Assembly: GCA_046732435.1 (NCBI GenBank)
Contig: JBKPNC010000028.1
Span: 1-59,602 of the forward strand
DNA: 59,602 nucleotides
Direction: 5' to 3'
From: Actinomycetota bacterium
GTDB lineage: Bacteria; Actinomycetota; Thermoleophilia; Gaiellales; Gaiellaceae
This document shows, piece after piece, positions 27,582 through 36,826 of this stretch. Position numbers and translations under genes: made by a program. The notes beneath the pieces were generated by a model. That model was given only the letters and a program-made list of their open reading frames with translations, did no database searches and was not told the DNA's origin. The first letter of the stretch is position 1. Every line of letters begins with the position of its first letter.

Positions 27582-27834
27582 CGTTGATTCTCCCCTCTTG
27601 CCTCGGGTGAGGCGGCCGCCTACCGGCGCAGGCAACCGCTGAAGCGAGCACGGCGCCCGCTTCGCAGGAGTCATACCCGCCGGCTGTGCGGCCAATCCCG
27701 CCGGGCGCGAGTGTGAGCAAATCCGAACAGGCGCCAAACCGGTCGAGCCGTCTCCTGCTCGATTCAGCCTGTCCCGACGGGGACGAATCCATCAGACAGC
27801 TGCGAGGCAGGTCGGGCGAACGCGCCGGGGGCGA

Positions 27835-28050
27835 CTACGTCTCGCGTCGCTCGAGTGCGTTACCCATGCTCCAGAGCGTTGGCGCCCAGAGACCGACGAA
27901 CAGCGCGCGGCGCTCGGCGTTCCCGCGTTCCTCTTGACCGACGGTCTTCGCTCGGATCCAGAGAAAGATGCACAGTCCCACCGATCCGAGCGAGACGGCG
28001 TGGGCGTGCCAACCGCGCACGCCGACTGAGTGCATGGCCTTCGTCAACAT
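27835..28050 (-). CDS. Small membrane protein, unknown function
   Basis: 71 codons, about 80% of them G/C-ending by my count. Two hydrophobic segments (AVSLGSVGLCIFLWI, ALFVGLWAPTLWSMG). No clear Shine-Dalgarno sequence. Confidence 0.5.
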   Translation of the reverse strand: MLTKAMHSVGVRGWHAHAVSLGSVGLCIFLWIRAKTVGQEERGNAERRALFVGLWAPTLWSMGNALERRET

Positions 28051-28051
28051 A

Positions 28052-28068
28052 CGTGGGCGTTACCCACG
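28052..28068. promoter_or_regulatory. Perfect 6-bp inverted repeat CGTGGG-CGTTA-CCCACG between divergent starts
   Basis: It lies directly between ATG 28050 (minus) and GTG 28122 (plus). Candidate operator. Confidence 0.25.
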
Positions 28069-28121
28069 GCTGGACGCACGCAATCGTGTTATCCGCCGCG
28101 GCGGCTGGGTAGGAGTGCGAG

Positions 28122-28802
28122 GTGCGCAGCCGGCTCGCCACCATCTTCCTGTGGCCGTTCGGGATCGGTCTGACCTCGTGGCACTACATGTGGCGCACGA
28201 CCCCGATGCACCGCAGCGAGGAGGCGGTCCCGGAGCTGGACGCCGCGCCGCCCGGGCTGCCGTCGGGCGTAGCCGTCGAGAGGCTTCAAGGGTATGAACG
28301 CGGTGTGGGACAGCTCTTCCACCGCCGCTACCGGACGCGGATCGCCGAACCGCTGTTGAGTGCGCGCGATCTGCTCGGGAGGGTTGCAGAGGACCCGAAC
28401 TGCGTTGCGCCGACGGAGTTCGCGAAGTTCGAGAAGACGGCCGGCGGCGTGGGCATGCGGACGGGCGACGAGTACCTCGTCCGTATGCCAGGGCCGTGGA
28501 ACGGGCCAGTACGCGTCGTTGCGACGACGCCGACCTCGTTCCGGCTAGCCACGCTCGATGGACACCTCGAGGCCGGGCAGATCGAGTTCCGCTGCAGCGA
28601 CGCCGGAGGCGCACTGCTGTTCGAGATCGAGTCGTGGGCGCGGAGCGGCGACCGGGTGTCCAACCTTCTCTACAGCCATATGCGCATGGCGAAGGAGGTC
28701 CAGCTGCACATGTGGACGTCGACGCTGGAGCGCGTGGCGAAGCTGGCGGGCGGCCACATGGTCGGCGGCATCGAGATCGACACGCGCCGAGTCGACCGGT
28801 GA
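28122..28802 (+). CDS. DUF1990-like protein
   Basis: GTG 28122 lies 6 nt after AGGAG. ...SFRLATLDGHLEAGQIEFRCSD...LFEIESWARSGD... matches the YxTLxGHxExGEExF...afSRp core pattern of DUF1990 as I recall it. Confidence 0.8.
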   Translation: MRSRLATIFLWPFGIGLTSWHYMWRTTPMHRSEEAVPELDAAPPGLPSGVAVERLQGYERGVGQLFHRRYRTRIAEPLLSARDLLGRVAEDPNCVAPTEFAKFEKTAGGVGMRTGDEYLVRMPGPWNGPVRVVATTPTSFRLATLDGHLEAGQIEFRCSDAGGALLFEIESWARSGDRVSNLLYSHMRMAKEVQLHMWTSTLERVAKLAGGHMVGGIEIDTRRVDR

Positions 28803-29974
28803 TCGCTGTGCGGCTCCGGCCGCTTGGCCCACGGCGGCTAGAGCTTGCACTCGAGCACCTCGGTGCGCTTGAGCCGAACTACAACTCCGCGGCGAGGCCG
28901 GGACCAGACGAGGGTTGGCACGTCGACGACGAGACCACCGCGCTCCCTCCGGAGCAGCCTGGACCGCCCGTCCCGGGCGGCAGCTGGGAAGTCGCATGCC
29001 AGCTCGTCGAGTCGTACGCGTTTTCCGACCCCTCGGTCGTGCGGGCGATCTTCGACCCCTCGCGTCCGCTTTCCGGTCGCAACCTGCTGCTCGAACTTCA
29101 CGTCGCCGGGCTTGTCCTCTACGCCGGCTGCCGAGTCCGAGGCGTTGTCGACGAGACGCGCGGCGAGGCTGACGGCGCCGTTCGCGTTTGGGGCTGGTAC
29201 TACCAGACGTTGGCGGGTCATGTGGAGTCGGGCGAGCGCGCCTACGAGGTGCGCAAACGGATCGGCACGGGGACGGTGGAGTTCCGGACGCGCGCCTTTT
29301 CCCGGCCCGCGCCGGGCAACCCGGTCGTCGCCCTGGGATTTCACTTACTCGGACGTCGCCGGCAGCGTGTGTTCACGCGAATCGCGTGCGAGCGCATGGC
29401 CACGCTCACGCGCGCTGCGCTCACCGGCGAAGCCGACGTTTCCCCAGCCGCCGGCCATGGAAAGCTCGCACTCGTGGCCGAGACGCGGCTGCTCGCGATC
29501 TACCTCGACGACCACGTCGCCGTCGTTGTCGGGACGCGCGAGCTCGTGAAGCGGATGCTCGGGCAGACACGGGACGAGGCCATCCGCTCGTTCCTCGAAG
29601 AGCTCCAGCCCGAGCTCGAGCACTCCGAGCGAGAGCTGACGCGCGCGCTGGAGGAGCTCGGTCGCCGGCCGTCGATCGCGAAGCGTACTGCGGCATGGCT
29701 GGCAGAGAAGGCCGGACGCATCAAGCCAAACGGCAACATCAGCGGCTACTCGCCGCTCACTCGGGTCGTCGAGCTCGAGTACCTCGCCACCGCGCTCGAG
29801 CTCGAGCGCTCATGCTGGCGCACGCTCCACGCAGCCGCGCCGCAGCTCGCGCGACCGGACGGCGCCTTCGCCGCTGAGGCCAAGCGTGTCGAGCAGCGGC
29901 TCCAGCTGGCCGACGACCTCCGGCAGGAGGCGGCGGAAGCCGCGCTCGTCGCTCAAGACGAACGGCGGCTCTAA
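28799..29974 (+). CDS. DUF1990-like domain fused to a C-terminal ~150-aa helical domain (paralog of 26540..27082)
   Basis: GTGA overlap with the upstream stop (28799-28802). VWGWYYQTLAGHVESGERAYEVRKR...VEFRTRAFSRPA is the DUF1990 core. The C-terminal domain is described under 26540..27082. The upstream part of ORF 28496..29974 overlaps the previous gene in another frame. Confidence 0.8.
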   Translation: MIAVRLRPLGPRRLELALEHLGALEPNYNSAARPGPDEGWHVDDETTALPPEQPGPPVPGGSWEVACQLVESYAFSDPSVVRAIFDPSRPLSGRNLLLELHVAGLVLYAGCRVRGVVDETRGEADGAVRVWGWYYQTLAGHVESGERAYEVRKRIGTGTVEFRTRAFSRPAPGNPVVALGFHLLGRRRQRVFTRIACERMATLTRAALTGEADVSPAAGHGKLALVAETRLLAIYLDDHVAVVVGTRELVKRMLGQTRDEAIRSFLEELQPELEHSERELTRALEELGRRPSIAKRTAAWLAEKAGRIKPNGNISGYSPLTRVVELEYLATALELERSCWRTLHAAAPQLARPDGAFAAEAKRVEQRLQLADDLRQEAAEAALVAQDERRL

Positions 29975-30035
29975 ACCCCGTCGGCCGCGCGGCTGCAACG
30001 TGCAAGCAAACGCAGCGCGTGGCACCGACACGCGG

Positions 30036-30668
30036 TCAATGGATGCTCGCGGTGGGGTCCGCAGGCAGGTCGAAGACCGCCCGGGTCGGTGTGCCGGCGC
30101 GCAGCTCATGCCGGACGATTCGCTCGTGCTCGAGACGGGACTCCGCACGGCGAAGGACGTCCTCGAGTTCCTCAGCGGGCACCACGCAGACCCCATCGGC
30201 GTCGCCGACGATCCAATCACCGAAACGCGCGAGGGCGCCCGCGACCGAGACGTCGGCGTTCACGGTGTGGCGGACACGGCGCTTCACCGTCCCGCGGGCG
30301 CTCACGCCGCGCGCGGCGATCGCCGGCGGGGCGGCAAGCGCGTCGACATCGCGTATCCCGTCGTCGATGACGAGAGCCTCGACCTCTCGAACGCGGGCGC
30401 TCAGCGCGAGCAGCTCGCCGACGACGCCGTAGAGCCCGCGACCCGCACTTGCCACGCAGACGACGTCCCCGGCGCCCGCCGCCTCGACGGCGAGGTGCAC
30501 GCCGAGATTGTCGCCGGCCGGAATCCCGACGGTGACCGCGGGTCCGGCAAAAGGCTCGCCGAGACGAAACCGCAGCTCGCACAGGAGGTGAACCCGTCGG
30601 CCGGACTCCGCAAGCGCGACGACCCCGGTGGCGAGCAGCCGCCGGGCCGTCTCGCTACTCGAGCGCAT
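30036..30668 (-). CDS. RraA family protein (class II HMG/CHA-type aldolase / oxaloacetate decarboxylase-like)
   Basis: ...GDNLGVHLAVEAAGAGDVVCV...GELLALSARVREVEALVIDDGIRDVDAL...GDADGVCVVP. Confidence 0.85.
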   Translation of the reverse strand: MRSSSETARRLLATGVVALAESGRRVHLLCELRFRLGEPFAGPAVTVGIPAGDNLGVHLAVEAAGAGDVVCVASAGRGLYGVVGELLALSARVREVEALVIDDGIRDVDALAAPPAIAARGVSARGTVKRRVRHTVNADVSVAGALARFGDWIVGDADGVCVVPAEELEDVLRRAESRLEHERIVRHELRAGTPTRAVFDLPADPTASIH

Positions 30669-31323
30669 CCTCGATCAACGAGCGCGCGTTGACAATGTGC
30701 GCTCGAATCAGGGAACGGACCCTGCGCGGCTGCCGTGCGCGCATCGCCTCGGCGATCTTCACGTGCTCGCGCGCCGCGGCCAGCAGGTGCGCGTCACCGC
30801 TCACGAGCACGACGCGGTACCGATCGGTCAGCTCCCACAACCGGTCGAGGGTCTGCGTCAAGAGCACGTTGCCGGAGCGGGCATAGATCTGGCGGTGAAA
30901 GGCACGGTTGAGTGCGACCTGCTCGAGGGGGTCCCTGCTGAGCGGAGCCCGTGCGAGCCGATCGATCTCATCGAGCTCGTCCTCAGTTAGGCGTGTGGTG
31001 GCAAGCGACGCGGCGTACGGGTCCAGCTGCAGTCGTACCTCGTAGACCTCGCGCAGCTCCTCGCGGGAAAGCGGCGCCACGATCACCGTCTTGTGGGCCT
31101 GGAACTGCACGAGCCCCTCGGCCTCGAGCCTCCGAACGGCCTCGCGGACAGGCGTGACGGAGACGCCGAGCTCGGGGGCGAGCGCGTCCTGATTCAGGGG
31201 CCCTCCGGGCTCGAGCATGCCGCAGAGGATCCGGGTTCGGATCTCTCGGTAGACCGCCTCCGCCTTCGTCGTGAACTCGATCGGCGTCGCCGGTGATCCG
31301 ACGAGGGAGACGTTGGCAGTCAC
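30655..31323 (-). CDS. GntR-family transcriptional regulator (FadR/FCD-type C-terminal domain)
   Basis: The winged HTH is AEAVYREIRTRILCGMLEPGGPLNQDALAPELGVSVTPVREAVRRLEAEGLV, followed by a helical FCD-like domain. The start is taken at GTG 31323, which forms a GTGA overlap with the SDR stop. The rest of ORF 30655..32583 is off-frame over the upstream genes. Confidence 0.85.
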   Translation of the reverse strand: MTANVSLVGSPATPIEFTTKAEAVYREIRTRILCGMLEPGGPLNQDALAPELGVSVTPVREAVRRLEAEGLVQFQAHKTVIVAPLSREELREVYEVRLQLDPYAASLATTRLTEDELDEIDRLARAPLSRDPLEQVALNRAFHRQIYARSGNVLLTQTLDRLWELTDRYRVVLVSGDAHLLAAAREHVKIAEAMRARQPRRVRSLIRAHIVNARSLIEDALE

Positions 31324-32033
31324 GCAAGCGCCTCCGCTCCACCGTCGACGGCGATACGTGCGCCGGTGAGATAGGAGGGCGCGTCCAGGATTACGTACCG
31401 GACCGCGTTCGCGACCTCTTCCGGCGTCCCGAGCCGGGCAAGCGGGACACGATCCGTGACCCACTCGTCCAAGGTGTCGCCGGCCTCGCCGAGGAACGGT
31501 GTCGCGACGACTCCAGGCGACACGATGTTCACCCGGATCCCGCGTGCGGCGAGCTCCGCAGCCAGCGACCTGGCGAGATGCTCGAGGCCGGCCTTCGACG
31601 CGGCGTACGCGGCGCGGTTCGGGAGGCTCCGGCTGGCGGAGATGGAGCCGATCACGGCGACTGCCTTTGGCTCTTGCCAGCGTTGGTCGAGCAGGCGCCG
31701 CAGGAGCAGCGCGGGCCCGACGAGATTGGCGGCGAAGGTGTACTCGATCTCCTGATCGGCCAGGTCGACCAGCGGCTTCCGCAGCGGGATGCCGGACGCC
31801 AGCACGACCCAGGCGACGTCGCCCCGGACAGCACGAAGGACGGTGCCCCGGCCCTCGGCGGTCGCGATGTCCGCGGCGACGGCGACCGTTGTGTCGGGCA
31901 ACTCGGCTGCCATCGCTTCGAGCGGCTCCTGACGGCGTCCCACGAGGACGATCTGATCCGCAGCGCCGCTGAGAGCCCGTGCGCACGCCGCTCCGATTCC
32001 GCCGGCGCCGCCGGTGACGAGGCCGGTCCTCAC
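31320..32033 (-). CDS. SDR family oxidoreductase
   Basis: TGGAGGIG, YAASKAG (YxxxK). Confidence 0.9.
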   Translation of the reverse strand: MRTGLVTGGAGGIGAACARALSGAADQIVLVGRRQEPLEAMAAELPDTTVAVAADIATAEGRGTVLRAVRGDVAWVVLASGIPLRKPLVDLADQEIEYTFAANLVGPALLLRRLLDQRWQEPKAVAVIGSISASRSLPNRAAYAASKAGLEHLARSLAAELAARGIRVNIVSPGVVATPFLGEAGDTLDEWVTDRVPLARLGTPEEVANAVRYVILDAPSYLTGARIAVDGGAEALA

Positions 32034-32815
32034 GAGGCGTACACCGGATGCTCGAGGCGGGCAACGAGCGCAGCAGGATGGTCGACGCCGATGACACCCG
32101 CCGCGTCGTCACCGACCACCGCAGCGAGCTCCTCCAGAACCCTGGCGCCAAAGTCGAACGGGTTCCCGGTCGAGGCCTGTCCCCCGTCCGATGTGAAGTA
32201 CACGAGCGCACCGGCATCCAGGAGCGTGTGGACGTGCCTACGCACGTCCACACGGTGGAGCCCTTCAGGCGGGAATACATACGTGAAGGCGTCCAACTCG
32301 ATCGCGCATCCGCTGGCAGCGAGGGAGACCGCCTCCCCGAGTGGCACGTACAGCGAGTGGGTGATCGAGCAGATAAGCGCGTCGCTGCCCGCACACAGCC
32401 GCGCAGACGCGGCGCGCCCGTCCGCGCCGAGATGTCCCGTGGCGAGCACGAGCGGGCTCGTCCGGTCTGACAGCCATACGGACAGCTCGTCCCAGAACCG
32501 GGGAAGCGGCAACTCCCAGCCGATCTCGCCCCGCGCGTCCTGCGTCGGCCCCCAAACCCACAAGGCGCCTTCGCCGATCGCATCGACGACGTCCGCGGCC
32601 CGCGCCCAGGGATTGAGAGACGCGGACCCGATCGCCCGAACCGGCTCGGCCGGAAGGGTGCGGCAGCGCGCGGCGGTGTGCTCCTCGTGTGCCTTCCACA
32701 CGAAGCCCCGAACGCCGGCGTCCGCAGCCGCCTGCCAGACGCGCGCCCCGCCGCCCCACCTTGGCGCGGCGGACGGTGCCGGGTGGACGTGGAGGTCGTA
32801 CGAGAGCGTTGCCAT
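32030..32815 (-). CDS. Putative metal-dependent hydrolase (amidohydrolase/PHP-like TIM barrel), uncharacterised family
   Basis: YDLHVHPAPS N-terminal metal-ligand-like motif. 261 aa. GTGA overlap with the downstream SDR. Confidence 0.6.
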   Translation of the reverse strand: MATLSYDLHVHPAPSAAPRWGGGARVWQAAADAGVRGFVWKAHEEHTAARCRTLPAEPVRAIGSASLNPWARAADVVDAIGEGALWVWGPTQDARGEIGWELPLPRFWDELSVWLSDRTSPLVLATGHLGADGRAASARLCAGSDALICSITHSLYVPLGEAVSLAASGCAIELDAFTYVFPPEGLHRVDVRRHVHTLLDAGALVYFTSDGGQASTGNPFDFGARVLEELAAVVGDDAAGVIGVDHPAALVARLEHPVYAS

Positions 32816-32818
32816 CGG

Positions 32819-33523
32819 TCAGTCCATCAGGAGGCCGCCGTTGACATCGACGATCTCGCCCGTCAGATACGAGGCGTCGAGGGAGAGGAGGAATGCAACG
32901 ACCGACGCCACCTCCTCTGGACGTCCGGCCCGTCCGAGCGGAAGCTCGGTCGCTCGCTCGCGGATCCCCGGCACCCGGTCGAGAAACGGCGTCTCGACGA
33001 TCCCCGGTGCAATCGCGTTCACCCGGACCTCCGGCGCGAACTCGGCCGCGAGCGTCTTCGTCAGGCAGAGTACGGCCGCCTTCGACGCCGAGTAGGGCGC
33101 TCCGATCAGGAGCCCGCCCGTCTTCGCCGCCTGCGAGGTGAAGTTCACGATCGACCGCTCGGGCGCCTGCGAGCGGGAGAGGTGAGGCAGCGCCGCTCGA
33201 CAGACCCGGACCGTGCCCATGAGATTGACGTCGAGCGTCGCCTGCCAGACGTCGTCGTCAGCCTCGAGGAATCTGACCGGAGAGCCGAGCCCGGCGGCGT
33301 TCACGACAGCGTCGAGCGAGCCGTTCGCCTCGACGCACCTCGCAACCGCGCGCTCGACATCCTCCGCCGACGTCACGTCGCACGCCGCCACGCCGGGCGC
33401 CTCCTGCACGTCCGTGGCGAAGACGACCCACCCCTGGGCAGCGAGGCGTCCGGCAGAAGCCTTGCCGATTCCCGACGCGGCGCCCGTGACGAGCACGACG
33501 GGAGGGCGCGGATCGCGCGTCAC
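32819..33523 (-). CDS. SDR family oxidoreductase (FabG-like)
   Basis: VVLVTGAASGIG, YSASKAA, NAIAPG. Confidence 0.9.
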   Translation of the reverse strand: MTRDPRPPVVLVTGAASGIGKASAGRLAAQGWVVFATDVQEAPGVAACDVTSAEDVERAVARCVEANGSLDAVVNAAGLGSPVRFLEADDDVWQATLDVNLMGTVRVCRAALPHLSRSQAPERSIVNFTSQAAKTGGLLIGAPYSASKAAVLCLTKTLAAEFAPEVRVNAIAPGIVETPFLDRVPGIRERATELPLGRAGRPEEVASVVAFLLSLDASYLTGEIVDVNGGLLMD

Positions 33524-34437
33524 GAGCGAACCGCCCCTTCCGCCGAAAACGCAGCCAGCGCATCGACAATGGCGGCGCGACGCAGCGTCGCCGCGGACTC
33601 CTCGCTGTACCAGCCGACGTGAGGTGTGATCAGCACCCGCGGATCGTCCGCGAACCGGCGGAGCGGACTCGACGGCCCCACGATGGCGTCGAGCGCGAGG
33701 CCCCCGAGGCGACGGTTGTCCAGCGCCACGGCGACTGCAGCCTCGTCGAGTAGTCGGAGGCGCGCGGTGTCGACGAGGACCGCTCCCGCAGGCATGAGCT
33801 CGAGACGCCGAGCGTCAACGAGGCCGGCCGTCGTCTCGTCGAGAGCGGTGTGCAGGAACACGATGTCACCGGCCGTAAACCCTTCCTCGAGGTCGACGGG
33901 CCGGGCGCCGAGGTCGAGCGCAACCGACCCAGCGTGCCGGGTGACGGCGCGCACCTCGTAACCGAGCGCGACGAGCGCGCCGGCAACCGCCTGCCCGATC
34001 GCACCCAGGCCGACGACGGTCGCCCGGTGGTAGCCACGGAGGGGCGTCGCTGCAGCGACCTGGTCCCAACTGCTGTCAAGGCGATCGCCGGTCTCGGCGA
34101 GCCGGCGGACGAGCGAGAAGGCTAACGCGAGCGTGTGCGTCGCGAGCTCCCGCGTGCAGTAGTGGCGGACAGTGACGACGGCGATCCCCGCTTCATGCGC
34201 TGCATCCAGCTCGACCGTGTCGATTCCGGAACCGAAGCGGCTGATCACACGACAGCGCGGCATCGCGGAGATGAGCCCAGCGTCGACGCGCGTCCGGACG
34301 TGTGCGACGACGTCGGCCTCGGCGAGGGTGTCAGGATCGCCGTTCCAGCGAATGAGCGTTGCGCCGGCCTCGCGCGCCGCCTGCTCCTCGACGTCGAGCG
34401 ACGCGAAGAGGCTGTCGAGAACGACGACGTTCGTCAT
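33520..34437 (-). CDS. D-isomer-specific 2-hydroxyacid dehydrogenase family
   Basis: GLGAIGQAVAG NAD motif and ITPHVGWYSEES catalytic-His region. Start at ATG 34437 (MTNVVVLDSLF), an ATGA overlap with the upstream stop. Confidence 0.88.
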   Translation of the reverse strand: MTNVVVLDSLFASLDVEEQAAREAGATLIRWNGDPDTLAEADVVAHVRTRVDAGLISAMPRCRVISRFGSGIDTVELDAAHEAGIAVVTVRHYCTRELATHTLALAFSLVRRLAETGDRLDSSWDQVAAATPLRGYHRATVVGLGAIGQAVAGALVALGYEVRAVTRHAGSVALDLGARPVDLEEGFTAGDIVFLHTALDETTAGLVDARRLELMPAGAVLVDTARLRLLDEAAVAVALDNRRLGGLALDAIVGPSSPLRRFADDPRVLITPHVGWYSEESAATLRRAAIVDALAAFSAEGAVRS

Positions 34438-35159
34438 GACAGGAACGTGTCGGCGTACGTCCCGCGCGCGAGGGCGTCGGCGTTCGCCCAGAGCACGGCG
34501 TCGCGTGCGTCGTCCGCGAGCAGTTCCGTCTCGGCGATCGCCGTCAGAACGTCCATCGGCTTCGCGCGCTCGCCGGATTCGCACACGAACCGCGAAGCGC
34601 CGAAGAGCGCACAGAGCCGAGCCAGGTCCTCCGGCGTCGCAAGCGCCGCGATCGCGCAGACGATGTTCGGGGCCGCGTCCAGGACGGCCGGCACTGACCG
34701 GTCAACGCCGACCTCGACACCGAGCACCACCAGAGGCAGCGAAGGGAAGGCACGCGCCAGCGCAACGACATCGCGCCACGAAACAGCTTCTGGGGAGAAG
34801 TCAAGAAGGACCGCCAGCCCCTCACGCTCGCAGAGCTCAGGAAGGGGACTGAGCACCCAGTCCGCGAGGACGTAACGATGCGTGGTCGGGCAGAGCCGAA
34901 CGAGGCAGTAGCTTCCGCCGGCGATCCGTCGGGCGCGATCGAGCGCGCCCGGCAGCCCGGTTGGCGGCAGCAGCACCGGCACGGGGACGAGTGACGACGA
35001 ATGCCTGCAAAGGCCGGCAAGCGTCTCGTCATGACGGTCGGGCTCGTCGATCCGCGCCTCCGCAGCCGTCACCCATGCGCCTCGGCCGTCGGATGTCACC
35101 TGTGGCCGCTGGACCGGATTCGACACGTCGTGCCGGTCGACCTCGACAACGAGGTTCAC
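34434..35159 (-). CDS. Amidohydrolase-related protein, uncharacterised
   Basis: ORF 34434..35180. I prefer GTG 35159 because it gives the same GTGA overlap seen throughout this operon; GTG 35180 is the alternative. The C-terminal ...AVLWANADALARG is typical of amidohydrolase_2-like proteins. Confidence 0.6.
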   Translation of the reverse strand: MNLVVEVDRHDVSNPVQRPQVTSDGRGAWVTAAEARIDEPDRHDETLAGLCRHSSSLVPVPVLLPPTGLPGALDRARRIAGGSYCLVRLCPTTHRYVLADWVLSPLPELCEREGLAVLLDFSPEAVSWRDVVALARAFPSLPLVVLGVEVGVDRSVPAVLDAAPNIVCAIAALATPEDLARLCALFGASRFVCESGERAKPMDVLTAIAETELLADDARDAVLWANADALARGTYADTFLS

Positions 35160-36046
35160 GTCGATGCCGGCTCGCGCCACAACACCTCGTGAAGATGATT
35201 GGCAAGCGTCCGCGAGTCGGCGTCGACCGGAGGAGCCGTATCGTCCGCCCAGGCCACGGCCGCGTCACGCAAGACCTCGACCGCGGCAAGGGAGACACGC
35301 GGCTTGATTCCGTCGGCGAAGACCGCCAGGGCGCCCGCGAGCTCACGGCTGCGCCGTTCGGCATGAATGCGGTTCGTTGCCAGGAGCAGGTCCATGAAGC
35401 GCACGAACGTGTCGCCGAGATTGCTCCGCAACGAGGCGCGGACGATCGGCTCGCCGTCGACTTCCGAGGCGAGCGACGCATACTCGAGGACGACAGCCTC
35501 GAGCCCCTTCATGAAGATCGAGCGCAGGTACTTCAGCGTGGCGGCCTGGCCGACGACCTCGCCCGCGACGGCCACACGGAAGCCGTGCGCTTCGAGCAGC
35601 CCCGCCGCCTCGCCCGCGCGATCGCCGCTGATCGCGAGGCTTGGACGGTCGACGACGGCGTCGAGCGAGTCGAGTAGCGCCACGTCGATCATGGCCGGGC
35701 CGACGCCCCCTCGGATCCGCTGCTTGACGGCCGGCGCGATCGTGTTCCAGTCGAAGAAGATGCCGGTGGAAGCAACGGAGTCGGCAACAAGCACGGCCAC
35801 CTCCTCGGCGGCGTCGGGCGAGACACAGCTGACGACGTAGTCGAACCGGCCTTCCCGCGGATGGCCGATCCGCGTGCCGTGCACGATCGCGACGCGCGGG
35901 TTCGGATCGAACACGGAGACGTTTGCGCCGCCCGCCACGAGACGAGCCGCCAGGAACGAGCCGACGGAACCGTGTCCCGCGACAAGCCACGAAGCCCGGC
36001 TGTTAGTTGCGGTCCGCGGTCGGGCCCCCACCGAACCTCCCTTCAT
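35156..36046 (-). CDS. NAD(P)-binding oxidoreductase (6-phosphogluconate-dehydrogenase-like N-terminus, DUF1932-like C-terminus)
   Basis: WLVAGHGSVGSFLAARLVAGGANVSVFD Rossmann motif. Helical C-terminal half. Confidence 0.75.
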   Translation of the reverse strand: MKGGSVGARPRTATNSRASWLVAGHGSVGSFLAARLVAGGANVSVFDPNPRVAIVHGTRIGHPREGRFDYVVSCVSPDAAEEVAVLVADSVASTGIFFDWNTIAPAVKQRIRGGVGPAMIDVALLDSLDAVVDRPSLAISGDRAGEAAGLLEAHGFRVAVAGEVVGQAATLKYLRSIFMKGLEAVVLEYASLASEVDGEPIVRASLRSNLGDTFVRFMDLLLATNRIHAERRSRELAGALAVFADGIKPRVSLAAVEVLRDAAVAWADDTAPPVDADSRTLANHLHEVLWREPAST

Positions 36047-36821
36047 AGGCGAGCGCGGCGCCCGTGATCCACCGGACGATCTCCTCGACGTCGACTTCGT
36101 CCTTCGTCAGGTTGGCCACCGCCCGGCCGTGATAGAGCACGACAACGCGGTCGCAGAGCGAGTGGACTTGCGGGATGTTGTGGCTGACGAGCAGGACGGG
36201 AATGCCGCCCCGCCGCACCTCGGTTATCAACTCCTCGACCTTCTCCTGCTCCTCCACCCCGAGCGCTGCGGTCGGCTCGTCCATGAGAAGCACGCGCCTC
36301 CCCCATGCCACGGCGCGCGCGACCGCGATCGCCTGACGCTGCCCCCCGGAGAGCGATGTCGCGAGGGCGTTGGCGTCGATGGTGATCCGGAGCCGCTCCA
36401 GCTGTTCCCGTGCCTCGCGGTTCATCCGCGGGCGGTCGAGCATGCGCGTCGGCCACAGCACACCGCGCCGCCGCAGCTCACGGCCGAGGAAGAGGTTCTC
36501 GGACACCGTCAGGTCCGGGGTGAGCGCGAGATCCTGGTAGACGGTCTCGATGCCCTGCCCGCGGGCATCGACCGGCGAGCGAAACGCCACTCGCCGGCCC
36601 TCGAGGTACACCTCGCCGCTCGTCGGAGCAGTCGCGCCGGAGACGATCTTGATCAGCGTCGATTTCCCGGCGCCGTTGTCGCCCACGAGCCCGACCACCT
36701 CCCCGGGATGCAGGGCAAGGTCGACGCCGTGCAACGCCGTCAAGGCGCCGTAGCGCTTGGTGATCGCCCGCACCTCGACCACCGGGTTCGGAACCTCGAC
36801 GGCGTTGTCCGGCCTGCTCAC
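36003..36821 (-). CDS. Sugar ABC transporter ATP-binding protein
   Basis: Walker A GDNGAGKST, signature LSGGQRQ, Walker B LLMDEPTAAL. GTG 36821 is preceded by GAGGA. Confidence 0.9.
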   Translation of the reverse strand: MSRPDNAVEVPNPVVEVRAITKRYGALTALHGVDLALHPGEVVGLVGDNGAGKSTLIKIVSGATAPTSGEVYLEGRRVAFRSPVDARGQGIETVYQDLALTPDLTVSENLFLGRELRRRGVLWPTRMLDRPRMNREAREQLERLRITIDANALATSLSGGQRQAIAVARAVAWGRRVLLMDEPTAALGVEEQEKVEELITEVRRGGIPVLLVSHNIPQVHSLCDRVVVLYHGRAVANLTKDEVDVEEIVRWITGAALAYEGRFGGGPTADRN

Positions 36822-36826
36822 GTTCC

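Noticed and set aside
31324-32583. N-terminal 420 codons of the 642-aa ORF 30655..32583
   Set aside because: Only the last 222 codons form a GntR regulator. Upstream, the frame runs off-frame across two well-supported genes (SDR and hydrolase) with Arg-rich composition.
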